Made by a program: the position numbers and the translations under genes. A DNA stretch of 64,000 nt from Vulcanimicrobiota bacterium (GTDB taxonomy: Bacteria > Vulcanimicrobiota > Vulcanimicrobiia > Vulcanimicrobiales > Vulcanimicrobiaceae): contig OY970223.1 of the NCBI GenBank assembly GCA_963714015.1, positions 2,112,001-2,176,000 on the forward strand. The letters are read 5' to 3'. The notes under the pieces are model-generated. The model saw only the letters and a list, made by a program, of their open reading frames with translations, was not told the origin of the DNA and did not search any database. How positions within the stretch are numbered: position 1 is the stretch's first letter; the number at the start of each line of letters is the position of its first letter. Of this stretch, positions 11,701 to 20,559 are shown in pieces.

Positions 11701-12130
11701 TCGGCTGAAATGCGCCGCTGCGCGCGCGTGAGTTGACGTGAACGATCGTTTTTATCGAAGAACTCATTCGGACCACGCCGACACTGTCGGTCTCGTCGCC
11801 GAAGACTGCCACTCCGGGCTGTGAAACCGATTCGTAGCCGGTCTTCGTAAACGACACGGTATACGTGTCCGCCGGAAGGCCGAGCAGCGTGAAACGTCCG
11901 CCGGGATCGGTTGAACCGGTGAAGGAACCGGACGCCGATTGAGCGGCGATGCGAACGTCCGCGAGCGGCTTGCCGGTACTTGCATCTCGAACAGTTCCCG
12001 TTAAGTTTCCTTGCACGCCGCCCGCCGCAAATGCCGGCGCGAGTGACGTTGCGAACAAACTCAGCGTCATCAGAATCGTCGAGCAAATCGCCGCGCCCCG
12101 GCGCCGCCAAGGGCCATGGATTGAAGGCAT
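8744..12130 (-). CDS. TonB-dependent outer membrane receptor with N-terminal carboxypeptidase-regulatory-like domain (Oar-like)
   Basis: Signal peptide; GTVRDASTGKPLADV...TDPGGRF..LGLPADTYTVSF; plug ITVRGS..YQYDGV, GAGVINIV; barrel DQWTVNSRL..YGVR, PRLAASY, VGNVFN; C-terminal FQFYLQRRL; AGGAG RBS. Confidence 0.9.
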   Translation of the reverse strand: MPSIHGPWRRRGAAICSTILMTLSLFATSLAPAFAAGGVQGNLTGTVRDASTGKPLADVRIAAQSASGSFTGSTDPGGRFTLLGLPADTYTVSFTKTGYESVSQPGVAVFGDETDSVGVVRMSSSIKTIVHVNSRARSGAFQPTQTQDVTTISGQRITQALGNVASSNEQNLILAAPGAMLDSQGNITVRGSLNVELGYQYDGVNFTIPFFDGNGGGGANGTGGYLNNLAGGTGGSLQVVSGSGDATQGNIGAGVINIVPPRGTYPATGMLNAQVSSPYYDHQLDLNYAWATPNNRLSDYLSYDGSRQVPEYAPYGADAATIGQYFGVSRIDHDDLQNNFVLRFGHNNNMSLQWLMRLSNEDQYGNYGGLQQATFYPYNALSAAPWVVTYPGVTGPNGNVIQTPAQEYAATVYLLPGVPSSNALPTSAAQTFATPLTFNKLGYTWNLNPTTFLNANWANFYNQSISQTYNDGSFQEADQALGGQRVFGEIDLTHQFGANHTTTLAVRYQDDLPRWNLQAPWFSAETLGYSGAGVNQASLASDGMAFLPDISDWYLPANTMQPVSPGNPCPDYPGSTTAGSCYIYSYMLAHGLWNGIGSLPRIPTQGIDYHHAIFHEAGIGLRDQWTVNSRLHVDYGVRLDADGLDWGQNPYNFTTEALSNPSDVDPGQRLGNDFLRPREVQPRLAASYQIGADDALRFSYGRSVSFFFAQTAGTPFDLSNVPAFFNQMPAKDSMAQPGCGSGWNSSLPGSPAYNGPGNLYKCPNYADSLYWLGDQNFDAPDLGGYGPPTYNNWDLQWSHQFTSGPVKGFSMKLTGFYRRGYNVEENTLLSNTPPNPITGQTSAAVFATQANGVEKTSGLEFMLTSPDRPTGLSGFLTMNYISEFSSTPPVGEGNTNYADDQLPILFQYEFGSGELYRSAFLPPFQGRLGLSWKTANGWKINPIFAFDGGFPTGVGSETYGAVNGQYLWIPETNFGAATPLGGPEGPGNAYNASYFIDPANPGNYLSPNIDASRGYSEPALPGNAVTKAHGELDLDLEYSPTGTPWTLGAYVGNVFNNHYGLWYPNQQYQPVATGVSGPQTGTLATAYPGSALWFTGVRDDFLGTNANGPFQVPYNAGTTFQFYLQRRL

Positions 12131-12294
12131 AGTGTGATGCTCCTGTATGTGCCGGGCGGCCTAGGCGATCGAGTCACCGTTGTTTCCTTGTTTCCGACGG
12201 TCGCGATTGCCGCCGTCTTCCCCGGGGGCGCAGCTTCACGCATGCACCCACGATCATTGTAGCGAAGCGTTAGCGCTTACGTCATAACACGAGC

Positions 12295-13333
12295 TCAGTC
12301 AATTTTGCGCGAATTCTTCTGCTGCAAACGGTATCGCATCGGTGTTAGGCCGGTCGACTTCTTAAATGCACTAGCAAAGTATGATCGATCCGGAAACCCG
12401 GCAGCAAGCGCGACCTCGGCAATGCTGGCGGACTCGCCACATAGCAGTGCGCATGCCGATCGGATGCGGCAGGCGAGCAGATACGCGTACGGCGTCGTGC
12501 CGGTCGCTGCTTTGAACTGCCTTAAGCACGCGAACGTGGAAAGCCCGGAGATAGACGCCATGCGCCTAAGCGTGAATTCGTTGTGTGAGTCGCGTTCGAT
12601 CAATCGCTTGAGATGCAACATTCGCAGCGGGATTCCGCGACGCCCGCGAACCCGCGAACGCTGCGAGGCCAATTCGAAGGCCTTGAAAATGAGCGACTCG
12701 AAGCGCTCGTCGTCATCACAGCGGGAAGCGGTGCGCAGCAAAGGTAGTATACCATTTGCCGGGATCCGCTCGCGTCCAAAAATAGGCCCGATGCCGGAGT
12801 CGATCGCACCCGTCGGCAAGGCCGCGAAAAGCCGTTCTTTGGGGGTGCCTTGAAGTTCGATAGTAATGCTATGCGAGTAAGTTAGGACCGTTTCCATTCC
12901 ACTTGATAAGGGCGCAGCCGCGATGCGCAGCAACGCGGCGTATTCGGTAATTCGAGCAAATCGAACGCTATCAAACTGCCTCTCGGCACGAACGCTCTCA
13001 AGGCTCGCTTCGAGTGCGCTAGAGCAGAACCTCAAACCGGTAACCGCATCCCGGAATGGTCGCGATATGTTTTGTTTGCGGATCGTGCCGTCCGAGCGTT
13101 TGCCTTAGACGGTACATGCATTGTGCAAGCGCAGCGTCCGTTACGTCGGCCTGCCTCCAGACGGCGTTCGCTATTGCGTCTTTGCTGAGGATAACTCCGG
13201 GCGACGTTGCAAGCAGGAGTAGCAAATCGATCTCCTTAGGGCGAAGGGCGACGAACGATGAACGATGCCGCAGTGTTCGAGACGGTACATCCAGTACGAA
13301 TTCTCCAAATGCAATTTCTCTCAAGCGCTTCAC
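12295..13333 (-). CDS. Transcriptional regulator: OmpR/CadC-type winged helix (13019-13333) followed by an AraC-type HTH domain (12295-13035); possibly one gene split near 13030
   Basis: FGEFVLD...LRPKEIDLLLLL...SKDAI..AVW...MYRLRQTL...IATIPGCGYRF. AraC part FKAATGTTPYAY...RI..A..LL....SIAEVALAAGF.DRSYF...FKK.TG.TP..YR. Confidence 0.8.
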
Positions 13334-13517
13334 TCCGCAAAACGACTATGTACGTCGGCGTGCTTCCGCGTTACAAGATCATACAACGCCACTGCCGTCT
13401 CTTTGTGACGTCGATACGGACTTGCAGCGAACTGCGATTTTCGTGCAGGGAGCGGTATCGCGCATAGTGCGCCTATTAGCGTACGATTAGTAGAATCGGA
13501 GGTCGCGTCGTCAGCGT

Positions 13518-14306
13518 ATGAAGAGAGCAACGTTTACCGCGCTGGCCGGCGCCATTGCCGGAATGCTTGCGACAAAATCGTTCCCTGTGGATTCGGCGGT
13601 ACCACATGCGGCGCCTCAAGACACGCAGCGCGTTGCAATGCTCGTGTATCCAGGGATGACGGCGCTCGACATGATCGCACCTCAGCTCGTTTTCGATGTG
13701 CTTGGAAATACCGACGTCCAACTTGTATGGAAAGATCGCCGGACCATCCAAAGCGATACGGGCGTGCCGATCGTTCCAACGCAATCGTTTGACGAGGTCG
13801 CGCCCGACCTAACGGTGCTGTTCGCTCCGGGAGGCTCGAAGTCGTATCCCATGATGAACGACCCTGACGTCGTCCGATTTCTGCAGCGCGTCGGTCCAAG
13901 CGCCGAATACGTTACGAGCGTTTGTACCGGATCGCTCATTCTTGGCTCAGCCGGACTGCTGCGCGGCTACCGCGCGACCACGCATTGGGTCGTTCACGAC
14001 GTGCTCGCAACGCTCGGCGCGATCCCCGTCACCAAGCGCGTCGTCATCGATCGGAACCGAATCACCGGCGCCGGCGTTACCGCAGGTCTGGACTTCGGAC
14101 TGACTATGGCTTCGAAACTTCGCGGTGACGATTACGCTCGCATGCTGCAGCTGCTGTTTGAGTACGATCCGCAGCCTCCGTTCGATGCCGGAAGCGAGGC
14201 GAAAGCCGGAGACAAGATCGACCGCGACGCTCGCGCCGTCTTTGCGTCCCAAGTCGCATCGGCGCAAAAGGAAGCCGCGTTCGCACGCCGCCGCCTTGCC
14301 CTGTAA
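13518..14306 (+). CDS. DJ-1/PfpI family protein, isonitrile hydratase-like, with N-terminal export signal
   Basis: YPGMTALD, APGG, TSVCTGSL (catalytic Cys), RATTHW, GAGVTAGLDF, EYDPQPPFDAG. N-terminus MKRATFTALAGAIAG. Confidence 0.9.
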   Translation: MKRATFTALAGAIAGMLATKSFPVDSAVPHAAPQDTQRVAMLVYPGMTALDMIAPQLVFDVLGNTDVQLVWKDRRTIQSDTGVPIVPTQSFDEVAPDLTVLFAPGGSKSYPMMNDPDVVRFLQRVGPSAEYVTSVCTGSLILGSAGLLRGYRATTHWVVHDVLATLGAIPVTKRVVIDRNRITGAGVTAGLDFGLTMASKLRGDDYARMLQLLFEYDPQPPFDAGSEAKAGDKIDRDARAVFASQVASAQKEAAFARRRLAL

Positions 14307-14348
14307 ACACGCGTATTTATGAGACTGAGTTTGCTTTAGAGGTCACTT

Positions 14349-15041
14349 ATGAGGAACATCACCTGCGCACCCTTAATCGTCTTACTTGCTTCTTGCGCGC
14401 GAGCATACGGGCAGTTGCCGGCGGACGGTCCTTATCCGACGATGGCGCCCATCTCGCAGTATCTGATGCCTCGTGCCGTTGAAATCCAGATGGCGCGCAG
14501 CGCAGCACCGGCGTCGATCTCCGGAAACGCTCAGGTGCTCGTGCTTACCAAGAGCGGCTACGTAGTTGCCGCGAACGGGAGCAATGGCTGGGTCTGCCTA
14601 GTCGGGCGCATGTGGAGTGCAGGTCTGGACGATCCCGAATTTTGGAATCCGAAGGGGCGTGGGGCGGCCTGTCTGAATCCGCCGGCCGTGCAAAGCGTGC
14701 TGCCGTTTTACGTCGCTCGCGCAAAGTGGGCCCTGGCCGGTGACACGCGCGACGAGATCGCAAAGAAGTCGTACGCAGCCTACGCCGATCATCAGTTCAC
14801 CGAACCGCGCGGATTCGCATTGATGCTCTCGAAGGAAAGTTACCTGAATGACGGCGTGAAGGGCCCATGGCGCCCTCACATTATGCCGTTCGTCGCCAAA
14901 GACGAATTGGGCACCTGGGCCGCAAATTTCAAGGGGTCACCCATCCTTTCACCGGCGACGGATACGTTCCGCTCGTACGAACCGGTGACGCTCGTTATCC
15001 TGGCCCCGTTCTGGTCGGACGGGTCGCCGGCTCCGAAGTAA
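14349..15041 (+). CDS. Secreted hypothetical protein
   Basis: GAGG RBS, signal-like N-terminus, natural composition (ARSAAP, GSNGWVCLV, WRPHIM). Confidence 0.75.
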   Translation: MRNITCAPLIVLLASCARAYGQLPADGPYPTMAPISQYLMPRAVEIQMARSAAPASISGNAQVLVLTKSGYVVAANGSNGWVCLVGRMWSAGLDDPEFWNPKGRGAACLNPPAVQSVLPFYVARAKWALAGDTRDEIAKKSYAAYADHQFTEPRGFALMLSKESYLNDGVKGPWRPHIMPFVAKDELGTWAANFKGSPILSPATDTFRSYEPVTLVILAPFWSDGSPAPK

Positions 15042-15078
15042 CGCGATCTACTGCAACAAAGACGGGGAGACTCTTCAA

Positions 15079-15561
15079 ATGTCGAGGTTTACGGCGATAT
15101 TACCGGCTCTTGTTCTCCTTTTCTTGCCGACCTTATCCGTTTCAGTGGGCGCTAAGGAGGGCGCCTCGCCGGAAGCCTTAACCGTCCAGAGCGCGCTAAC
15201 CACCGAAGAGCGGATCTCGAGCGCGCTGCAAGCGAACGACACCTCCGCGCTGCGGGAGCTATTGGCTCCCGACTGGATCGTGATCAGCGCCTACGGCGGT
15301 CGAACGAGCCGGGGCGACATCCTCGAGGCGATCAAAACCGGAATTTGGATTCATACCAAGGTCGCGATTTCGAATCCGCGCATCCGGATTTACGGCAGAG
15401 TGGCGCTCGTAACGACCCACGCGAGCGAGTCCGGCATTTCGATGCACAAACCGTACTCCGACGTCCAAGAGTGCCAAACCGACGTTCTTTATTGGAAGAA
15501 TGGGGCGTGGAAGTCCGAGCTCTTGCACGAGTCGTTCAATAAAGCCCCATCGAACTGCTAA
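15079..15561 (+). CDS. Secreted NTF2-like (DUF4440) protein
   Basis: Signal peptide; ND...L..LLAPDW..I...G, RIYGRVALVT, TDV...KNG.WK....H.S pattern. Confidence 0.8.
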   Translation: MSRFTAILPALVLLFLPTLSVSVGAKEGASPEALTVQSALTTEERISSALQANDTSALRELLAPDWIVISAYGGRTSRGDILEAIKTGIWIHTKVAISNPRIRIYGRVALVTTHASESGISMHKPYSDVQECQTDVLYWKNGAWKSELLHESFNKAPSNC

Positions 15562-15634
15562 GCGATCACTTCGCTGCTGCTCAATAGGGAGGCCGAACTG
15601 GTCGAGGAACGCTGAGTGAATAAGGTATTTAATT

Positions 15635-16029
15635 ATGATGCGTCAGGCACGGGGCCGGTTTACGAACACCGCTCACATCGCGACTTCTCTTGGACCAGAT
15701 GATACCGCCGGCCGGTCCCGCATAACGGTGCAACGAGTTTCTAGCGAGATCTTGCAGGCCAAGGCGGCGGCGAGCTTCTTGTGTGTCGCACCGGCACGGA
15801 GACGTTCGGTTATGCCGGGATGGACGAGTTTCGCGAAACGATTGAGGGAAGGGAGGGAAGCTTCGTATACCAACACGGCGGATTGCACGACGCCCATGCG
15901 TCAAGCGCTTTCGGGTTCATCGTAAGTCATTCCGGGACTGGCGGGCTTAGGGAGATCACCGGTAACGTGGAAATTAGCGTTACGGAAAACGACGAGCACC
16001 GCATCACGTTGGATTATGATTTGCCCTAA
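15635..16029 (+). CDS. DUF3224 family protein, split by an indel near 15746
   Basis: ARGRF.. N-terminus; the other frame gives GDLAGQGGGELL...GYAGMDEF...IEGREGSFVYQHGG...SGTGGLREITG...HRITLDY. Confidence 0.8.
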
Positions 16030-16095
16030 AAGCGGAATGTCGTTTCAGCAGCAAATTTATGAATTGATCCGGCGAATGCGGGGTAAGATGGCAGC

Positions 16096-16437
16096 ATGAA
16101 ACATAAGACTGCTGCAATTGTCCTTGCGATAACAGCGCTCGCGTTTGCGTCCCCCCGCGCGGCGCTCGCTGCATCGACGTTCTACGGAATCACCAAGCAC
16201 GTGTCCGTAAATAATATTAAGGTTTACAACCCCAAATCCAAGCAGACGTTGAGTTTCGTGATCCTTCCGAAATTCGACCGAGTTTTCTCGGGTGACGGGA
16301 AAACGACGTATCAAATGAAGGACGTCAAGGCCGGCCGTTATGTCGGCATAATCTACGATCAGTCGGTCCTGGGCGCGCGTCACGCTGACAGGATTTATCT
16401 GCTGAACAACGCGAACGCGCGAATCAGCGCGCAGTAG
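16096..16437 (+). CDS. Small secreted beta-rich hypothetical protein
   Basis: Signal peptide ending ALA; -10-like TAAGAT 6 nt before the ATG. Confidence 0.75.
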   Translation: MKHKTAAIVLAITALAFASPRAALAASTFYGITKHVSVNNIKVYNPKSKQTLSFVILPKFDRVFSGDGKTTYQMKDVKAGRYVGIIYDQSVLGARHADRIYLLNNANARISAQ

Positions 16438-16449
16438 ACCGTCGGCGTT

Positions 16450-16478
16450 GAGCGGCCGGGTCACATCGGCGGCCGCTC
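16450..16478. terminator. GC-rich hairpin after the 16096-16437 gene (no clear U-tract)
   Basis: GAGCGGCCG-N11-CGGCCGCTC perfect 9-bp inverted repeat. Confidence 0.35.
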
Positions 16479-16494
16479 GATCTATGTATCAGCC

Positions 16495-17346
16495 ATGATC
16501 GGATCCGCTCAACGCTTTTTCGCCGTGGCGGCACTATCGGCTGCGCTGGGTGCCGGAATCTTGCCCGCGCCCGTAATCTTCGAGCCTACGATCGTAGTGA
16601 ATAACGACAGTACGCCGAGCTTTACGCCGGACGGCAGCATGATGATTTTCGCGCAGGGCGACGCAAAGAATCATGACACAATTGTGGAGTCGCACCTCGC
16701 CGGAGGACACTGGACGGCGCCCGTCGCCGTGCCGTTCTCCGGTAAGTATCAGGATATGGACCCGGTTTTTTCCCCGGATGGAACGTATGCGATCTTCTCA
16801 TCGCTCCGTCCGCTGGCGCCGAAGAAAGGCGTTGCGGCGAACCTTTGGCGCGTCGACCGTACGGCGGCAGGCTGGGGGACGCCGGTGAAGCTTCCCCCCA
16901 GCGTGAACGACGGCGCTTTCAACGTGGCACCGAGCATTGCGCGGGACGGTACACTCTACTTTCTGCACATTCGGAATCACTTGCACGAGCTCTACCGCGC
17001 AGCACTCGAGGGAAGTACCTATGCTACGGCGACGCCATTAGCGTTCAGCGCCGGAGAGAAGGGCGACTACGACCCCGGGATTGCGCCGGATCAATCGTTC
17101 CTGGTTTTCGCGAGTACGAGCCGCAATGGAAGCAGCAACATCGAACATTTGTATATCTCGTCTAACCGCAACGGCACCTGGAGCACGCCGCGGCCGTTGC
17201 GTTATGCCGGCGACTACGCGGCGCCCGGCAACGACGCATCACCACTCGTCTCAGCCGACGGCAGGACGCTGTTTTTCTCGAGCGATCGCAAAGGAAATTT
17301 CGCCTGGAAGCTGCCGCTGGACGATACTTCAGGCGATACGCGTTAA
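16495..17346 (+). CDS. Secreted TolB-like/PD40 beta-propeller protein
   Basis: Repeats TPSFTPDG, DPVFSPDG..FSS.R, APSIARDG, DPGIAPD..FAS, SPLVSADG..FFSSDR. Confidence 0.88.
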   Translation: MIGSAQRFFAVAALSAALGAGILPAPVIFEPTIVVNNDSTPSFTPDGSMMIFAQGDAKNHDTIVESHLAGGHWTAPVAVPFSGKYQDMDPVFSPDGTYAIFSSLRPLAPKKGVAANLWRVDRTAAGWGTPVKLPPSVNDGAFNVAPSIARDGTLYFLHIRNHLHELYRAALEGSTYATATPLAFSAGEKGDYDPGIAPDQSFLVFASTSRNGSSNIEHLYISSNRNGTWSTPRPLRYAGDYAAPGNDASPLVSADGRTLFFSSDRKGNFAWKLPLDDTSGDTR

Positions 17347-17516
17347 TTTCTCGCGACGACCTGTCTGCTGCTTTCGGTGCCCGTCCCATTCCGGACTGGC
17401 GGCGGAAGGTGGTGTTTGACGAAACGCGCAAATATTCAACCGAGTCTTGAATGCTAATGAACGGGGTGGCTTGTGCATTTTCGCGGTAACATCTCCATTT
17501 TTACGATCCCGGCCTG

Positions 17517-18425
17517 GTGCGAGCGTTGAGCGCGCCGTTGATCCCCGCTGCGGCGGTTCGCTACGGCGCTTTCGTAAATGCGGCGTATGCAATGCATTTC
17601 GAAAAGACTGGGGATCCGCTTCACCCGCGGCCGAGTATGCCTGAAGGTTGGACGATGCGCTCCTGGCTGCTGATGTCCGATTTTGCTTTCGGCGACGTCT
17701 CTGCGAAGTTCTACGGCTTCATCGCTCAGAACGACGAGGAGCCCACACAATTCGTGCTTGCGCTGCGGGGTACCGAAGGGATGGTGGAATGGTGGGACGA
17801 CGCGCACTGCTTGCCGGTGCCGTTCCGCTACGTGCCCGACGCTGGGAAAGTCGCCGAGGGCTTCGACAAGATCTATCAAACGCTCGACATTGTGGACGCA
17901 CCGCTTCCGGCCGCCGAGAGCGCGTTCGTGCAACGCAATCCGGAAGCGCAGCCGGACGCAGCGGGGACGTTTGCCCAGCGCGTTTCACGTTCGTTGCACC
18001 GGCATGCCTTGCGGCGCGCGAAGATCAAAGGTGTGACTCCCAAAGCGGAACAGCTCGTCGTGACTGCACATAGCTTGGGTGCGGCGCTCGCCACCTTGTT
18101 CGCGGTGGAGAACGATCGCAACGGCTCGGTCAACGTGACGACCGTGTGTACGTTCGCAAGCCCGCGCGTAGGCAACCAAGAGTTTGCGGACGCGTTCGGC
18201 CGGTTGAACCTGCCCGCATCCTGGCGCGTGTACGTCGATCAGGACTTCGTTCCCAAAATTCCGCCGAGCCTATTGGGCTATCGGCACGTCGATGATTCGT
18301 ACGGCTACGATTGTTCCGGCAAAGTTCGATGCTCGCCGGTATGCTGGCACGCCATGGCCACGCATCTATCGATGCTCGATCCGTCGATTCCCATTACAGC
18401 CGACTGCGCCCGTCAGGGAATCTAG
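17517..18425 (+). CDS. Lipase class 3 family alpha/beta hydrolase
   Basis: LALRGT, GF..IY, TAHSLGAALA, TFASPRVGN..FA, DFVPKIPP..GYRH, final HAM. Confidence 0.88.
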   Translation: MRALSAPLIPAAAVRYGAFVNAAYAMHFEKTGDPLHPRPSMPEGWTMRSWLLMSDFAFGDVSAKFYGFIAQNDEEPTQFVLALRGTEGMVEWWDDAHCLPVPFRYVPDAGKVAEGFDKIYQTLDIVDAPLPAAESAFVQRNPEAQPDAAGTFAQRVSRSLHRHALRRAKIKGVTPKAEQLVVTAHSLGAALATLFAVENDRNGSVNVTTVCTFASPRVGNQEFADAFGRLNLPASWRVYVDQDFVPKIPPSLLGYRHVDDSYGYDCSGKVRCSPVCWHAMATHLSMLDPSIPITADCARQGI

Positions 18426-18530
18426 TGTTGCATCATGGCTGCGACGCGATAGTCAGCGCGGTAGCCCGGGCCGATTGACCCAATCCATTTAGCGGATGAC
18501 GCTGCACGGCACTGCGGCTACGATAACTGG

Positions 18531-19808
18531 ATGAAGCGCAGTGTATTGCCTGTTGCCCTCGCTTTCGTTCTGACGGCGTGCGGCGGAGGGGCCGGCGGCG
18601 GCGGTGGTACTTCGATAACTCCGGGCGGCTCAGGCGGCTCGGGCGGCGGCGGAGTTGGCTCTACGCCGACACCCCCTCCGGGCGGGACGGCGATTACGCT
18701 GACCGTTACGGGCGGAGCATCGCCGAGCGTGGCTGCAGTCCAGTCCGGCACCGGAACATGGACGAAAATCGCAATGACCGGCTCGACGGCGACATTCACG
18801 GTTCCGGCTGGAACGGCGCGATACGGAGTTGCAATCGTCTGCGGTAAGTCGGAACTGATCGAAATGTTGACGGTTACCGATAGCTTGAATCCCTCCATCA
18901 CCTGCGGCGGGGCCGGAGGAACGTCACAATCGCTCGGCTTCGATGCTTCCGGGATAAATAACGCGACGAATGCCGATCTTTACGTCGGCAGCGCCTTTCA
19001 AGAAGAGACGATTCCAAAAGGAACGGGCGACGTAAGGAGTGCGCCTGCCGGAACGCAGGACGTCTCGTTGATAGCGTACGACAACAACGGCGATCCATTG
19101 GCTGTCAAAATAGAGCGGGGCGTAAACATTACGGGCGGTCCCATGCCGGCAATCGTCGACACGAACGCTGATTTGACCGGCAAAGCGACGCTGACGATGA
19201 GCGCGCCGCCGAGCGGCTTTACGGCCACAGTCAACGACTGGTATCAGACGGCCGGCGGAGCCGATTTAGAACTGCAAGACCAAGCCGCTATGACTTGGTT
19301 TCCGACGCTTGCCGCCGCAGACGCGCAGAATGGTGACGTCTATCATATCGAAGCATTCGCCGCTTCAAACGGCGCGATTCCCAATGAGGTCGGCGTATTC
19401 TCAACATTCTCAAAGGCGGCGAATCAAACCCTGACGTTTCCCGCGCCGCTTTCGTACGGCGGCCCCGTACCGGCGCAATATCCGGCGTTTTCGGTCCCCG
19501 AGTACGGCGGTTTCAACATTACCGGAAATGCCGCGTATGAATTCGCGATCTTCGGTAGTTCTTCATCAATTGAGATTGGCGCCAGCCCGCAATACCTGAA
19601 GATCAACGGCGACACTCTAACCGTTCCGGATCTTTCGTCCTTGGGCGGATTCATAAGTGCGCCGTCGTCCGGAAATCGTGAAACCTGGATCCTCGGAGAA
19701 CGCATGACCACTACGCCGCTCGACGGCAACTATCTCGGACGGCAACCGCCGTCGAGCAACTCGCTGCTGGAGTACGCACAAGAGGCCGGCGAGTTTACCG
19801 TTCCTTAG
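18531..19808 (+). CDS. Lipoprotein, beta-rich, hypothetical
   Basis: Lipobox VLTAC followed by a Gly/Ser/Pro linker; TACGAT 6 nt before the ATG. Confidence 0.8.
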   Translation: MKRSVLPVALAFVLTACGGGAGGGGGTSITPGGSGGSGGGGVGSTPTPPPGGTAITLTVTGGASPSVAAVQSGTGTWTKIAMTGSTATFTVPAGTARYGVAIVCGKSELIEMLTVTDSLNPSITCGGAGGTSQSLGFDASGINNATNADLYVGSAFQEETIPKGTGDVRSAPAGTQDVSLIAYDNNGDPLAVKIERGVNITGGPMPAIVDTNADLTGKATLTMSAPPSGFTATVNDWYQTAGGADLELQDQAAMTWFPTLAAADAQNGDVYHIEAFAASNGAIPNEVGVFSTFSKAANQTLTFPAPLSYGGPVPAQYPAFSVPEYGGFNITGNAAYEFAIFGSSSSIEIGASPQYLKINGDTLTVPDLSSLGGFISAPSSGNRETWILGERMTTTPLDGNYLGRQPPSSNSLLEYAQEAGEFTVP

Positions 19809-19812
19809 CCGG

Positions 19813-19863
19813 AGTAGTTGTAAAAAACAAGTACTATACAGAATTGAAAGATGGCGCTATAAT
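19813..19863 (+). promoter_or_regulatory. Operator AGTAGTTG-N7-CAAGTACT plus TATAAT -10 of a probably leaderless hxlR-like transcript
   Basis: Imperfect inverted repeat at 19813-19835; TATAAT at 19858-19863, 6 nt before GTG 19870. Confidence 0.6.
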
Positions 19864-19869
19864 AGGCTC

Positions 19870-20511
19870 GTGCCGGCAAGGGTCTATGGTCAATACTGCG
19901 GTTTCGCCAGGGCGCTCGAGATCGTGGGCGAGCGGTGGGCACTGCTCGTCGTTCGGGATTTGCTGATCGGTCCGAAACGCTTTAGCGACCTGCAGCGCGG
20001 CCTGCCCGGCATCCCCAGCAACATTCTTACCGCCAGATTGAAAGAGCTGGAAGAGACGGGTGTCGTCCAGCGCCGGCTTCTCCCGCGGCCCTCCGGAGCG
20101 GTGGTTTATGAATTGACGGCCGATGGACAAGCCTTGGAATCGCCGGTAATCGCACTCGGGCGCTGGGGAGCCAAGCATTTGGGAGAGCCGCGCCCGGGAG
20201 AAGTGATAACGCCGGACTCGTTTGCGAGTGCCTTGCTGACGACGTTTCGTCCCGAGAACGCCGGACGATCGAACGCGAAGTTCGAGGTGCGTATGGGCGA
20301 AATCGTCGTGCATGCGCACGTGCGCGAGGGCAAGGTCGCGGTCGGCACCGGCCCGATCGAAAAACCCGATCTCGTGATCGAGGGAGGTCCCGCGATCAAG
20401 CAGTTGATGGCACGGGAGATTACGGCGGATCAGGCGGTGAAGAGCAAGATGGTCAACGTCAAGGGTGACGTGAAGCTTCTGAATCGCTTCGTGCAGCTGT
20501 TTCAGATATGA
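19870..20511 (+). CDS. HxlR family winged-helix regulator with C-terminal SCP2 sterol-binding-like domain
   Basis: YGQYCGFARALEIVGERWALLVVRDLL.GPKRFSDL...LTARLKELE...YELT..G; C-terminal PDLVIEG...VKGD. Confidence 0.92.
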   Translation: MPARVYGQYCGFARALEIVGERWALLVVRDLLIGPKRFSDLQRGLPGIPSNILTARLKELEETGVVQRRLLPRPSGAVVYELTADGQALESPVIALGRWGAKHLGEPRPGEVITPDSFASALLTTFRPENAGRSNAKFEVRMGEIVVHAHVREGKVAVGTGPIEKPDLVIEGGPAIKQLMAREITADQAVKSKMVNVKGDVKLLNRFVQLFQI

Positions 20512-20513
20512 GG

Positions 20514-20541
20514 AAGGGAGCCGTGGGTTGCGGCTCCCTTT
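20514..20541. terminator. Bidirectional intrinsic terminator between convergent genes
   Basis: AAGGGAGCCGT-GGGTT-GCGGCTCCCTT hairpin followed by T. Confidence 0.75.
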
Positions 20542-20559
20542 GCGTTTAACCGCGCGAGA

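Noticed and set aside
12131..12260. Cobalamin or TPP riboswitch upstream of the TonB receptor
   Set aside because: Conserved B12-box and TPP core sequences are not recognisable.
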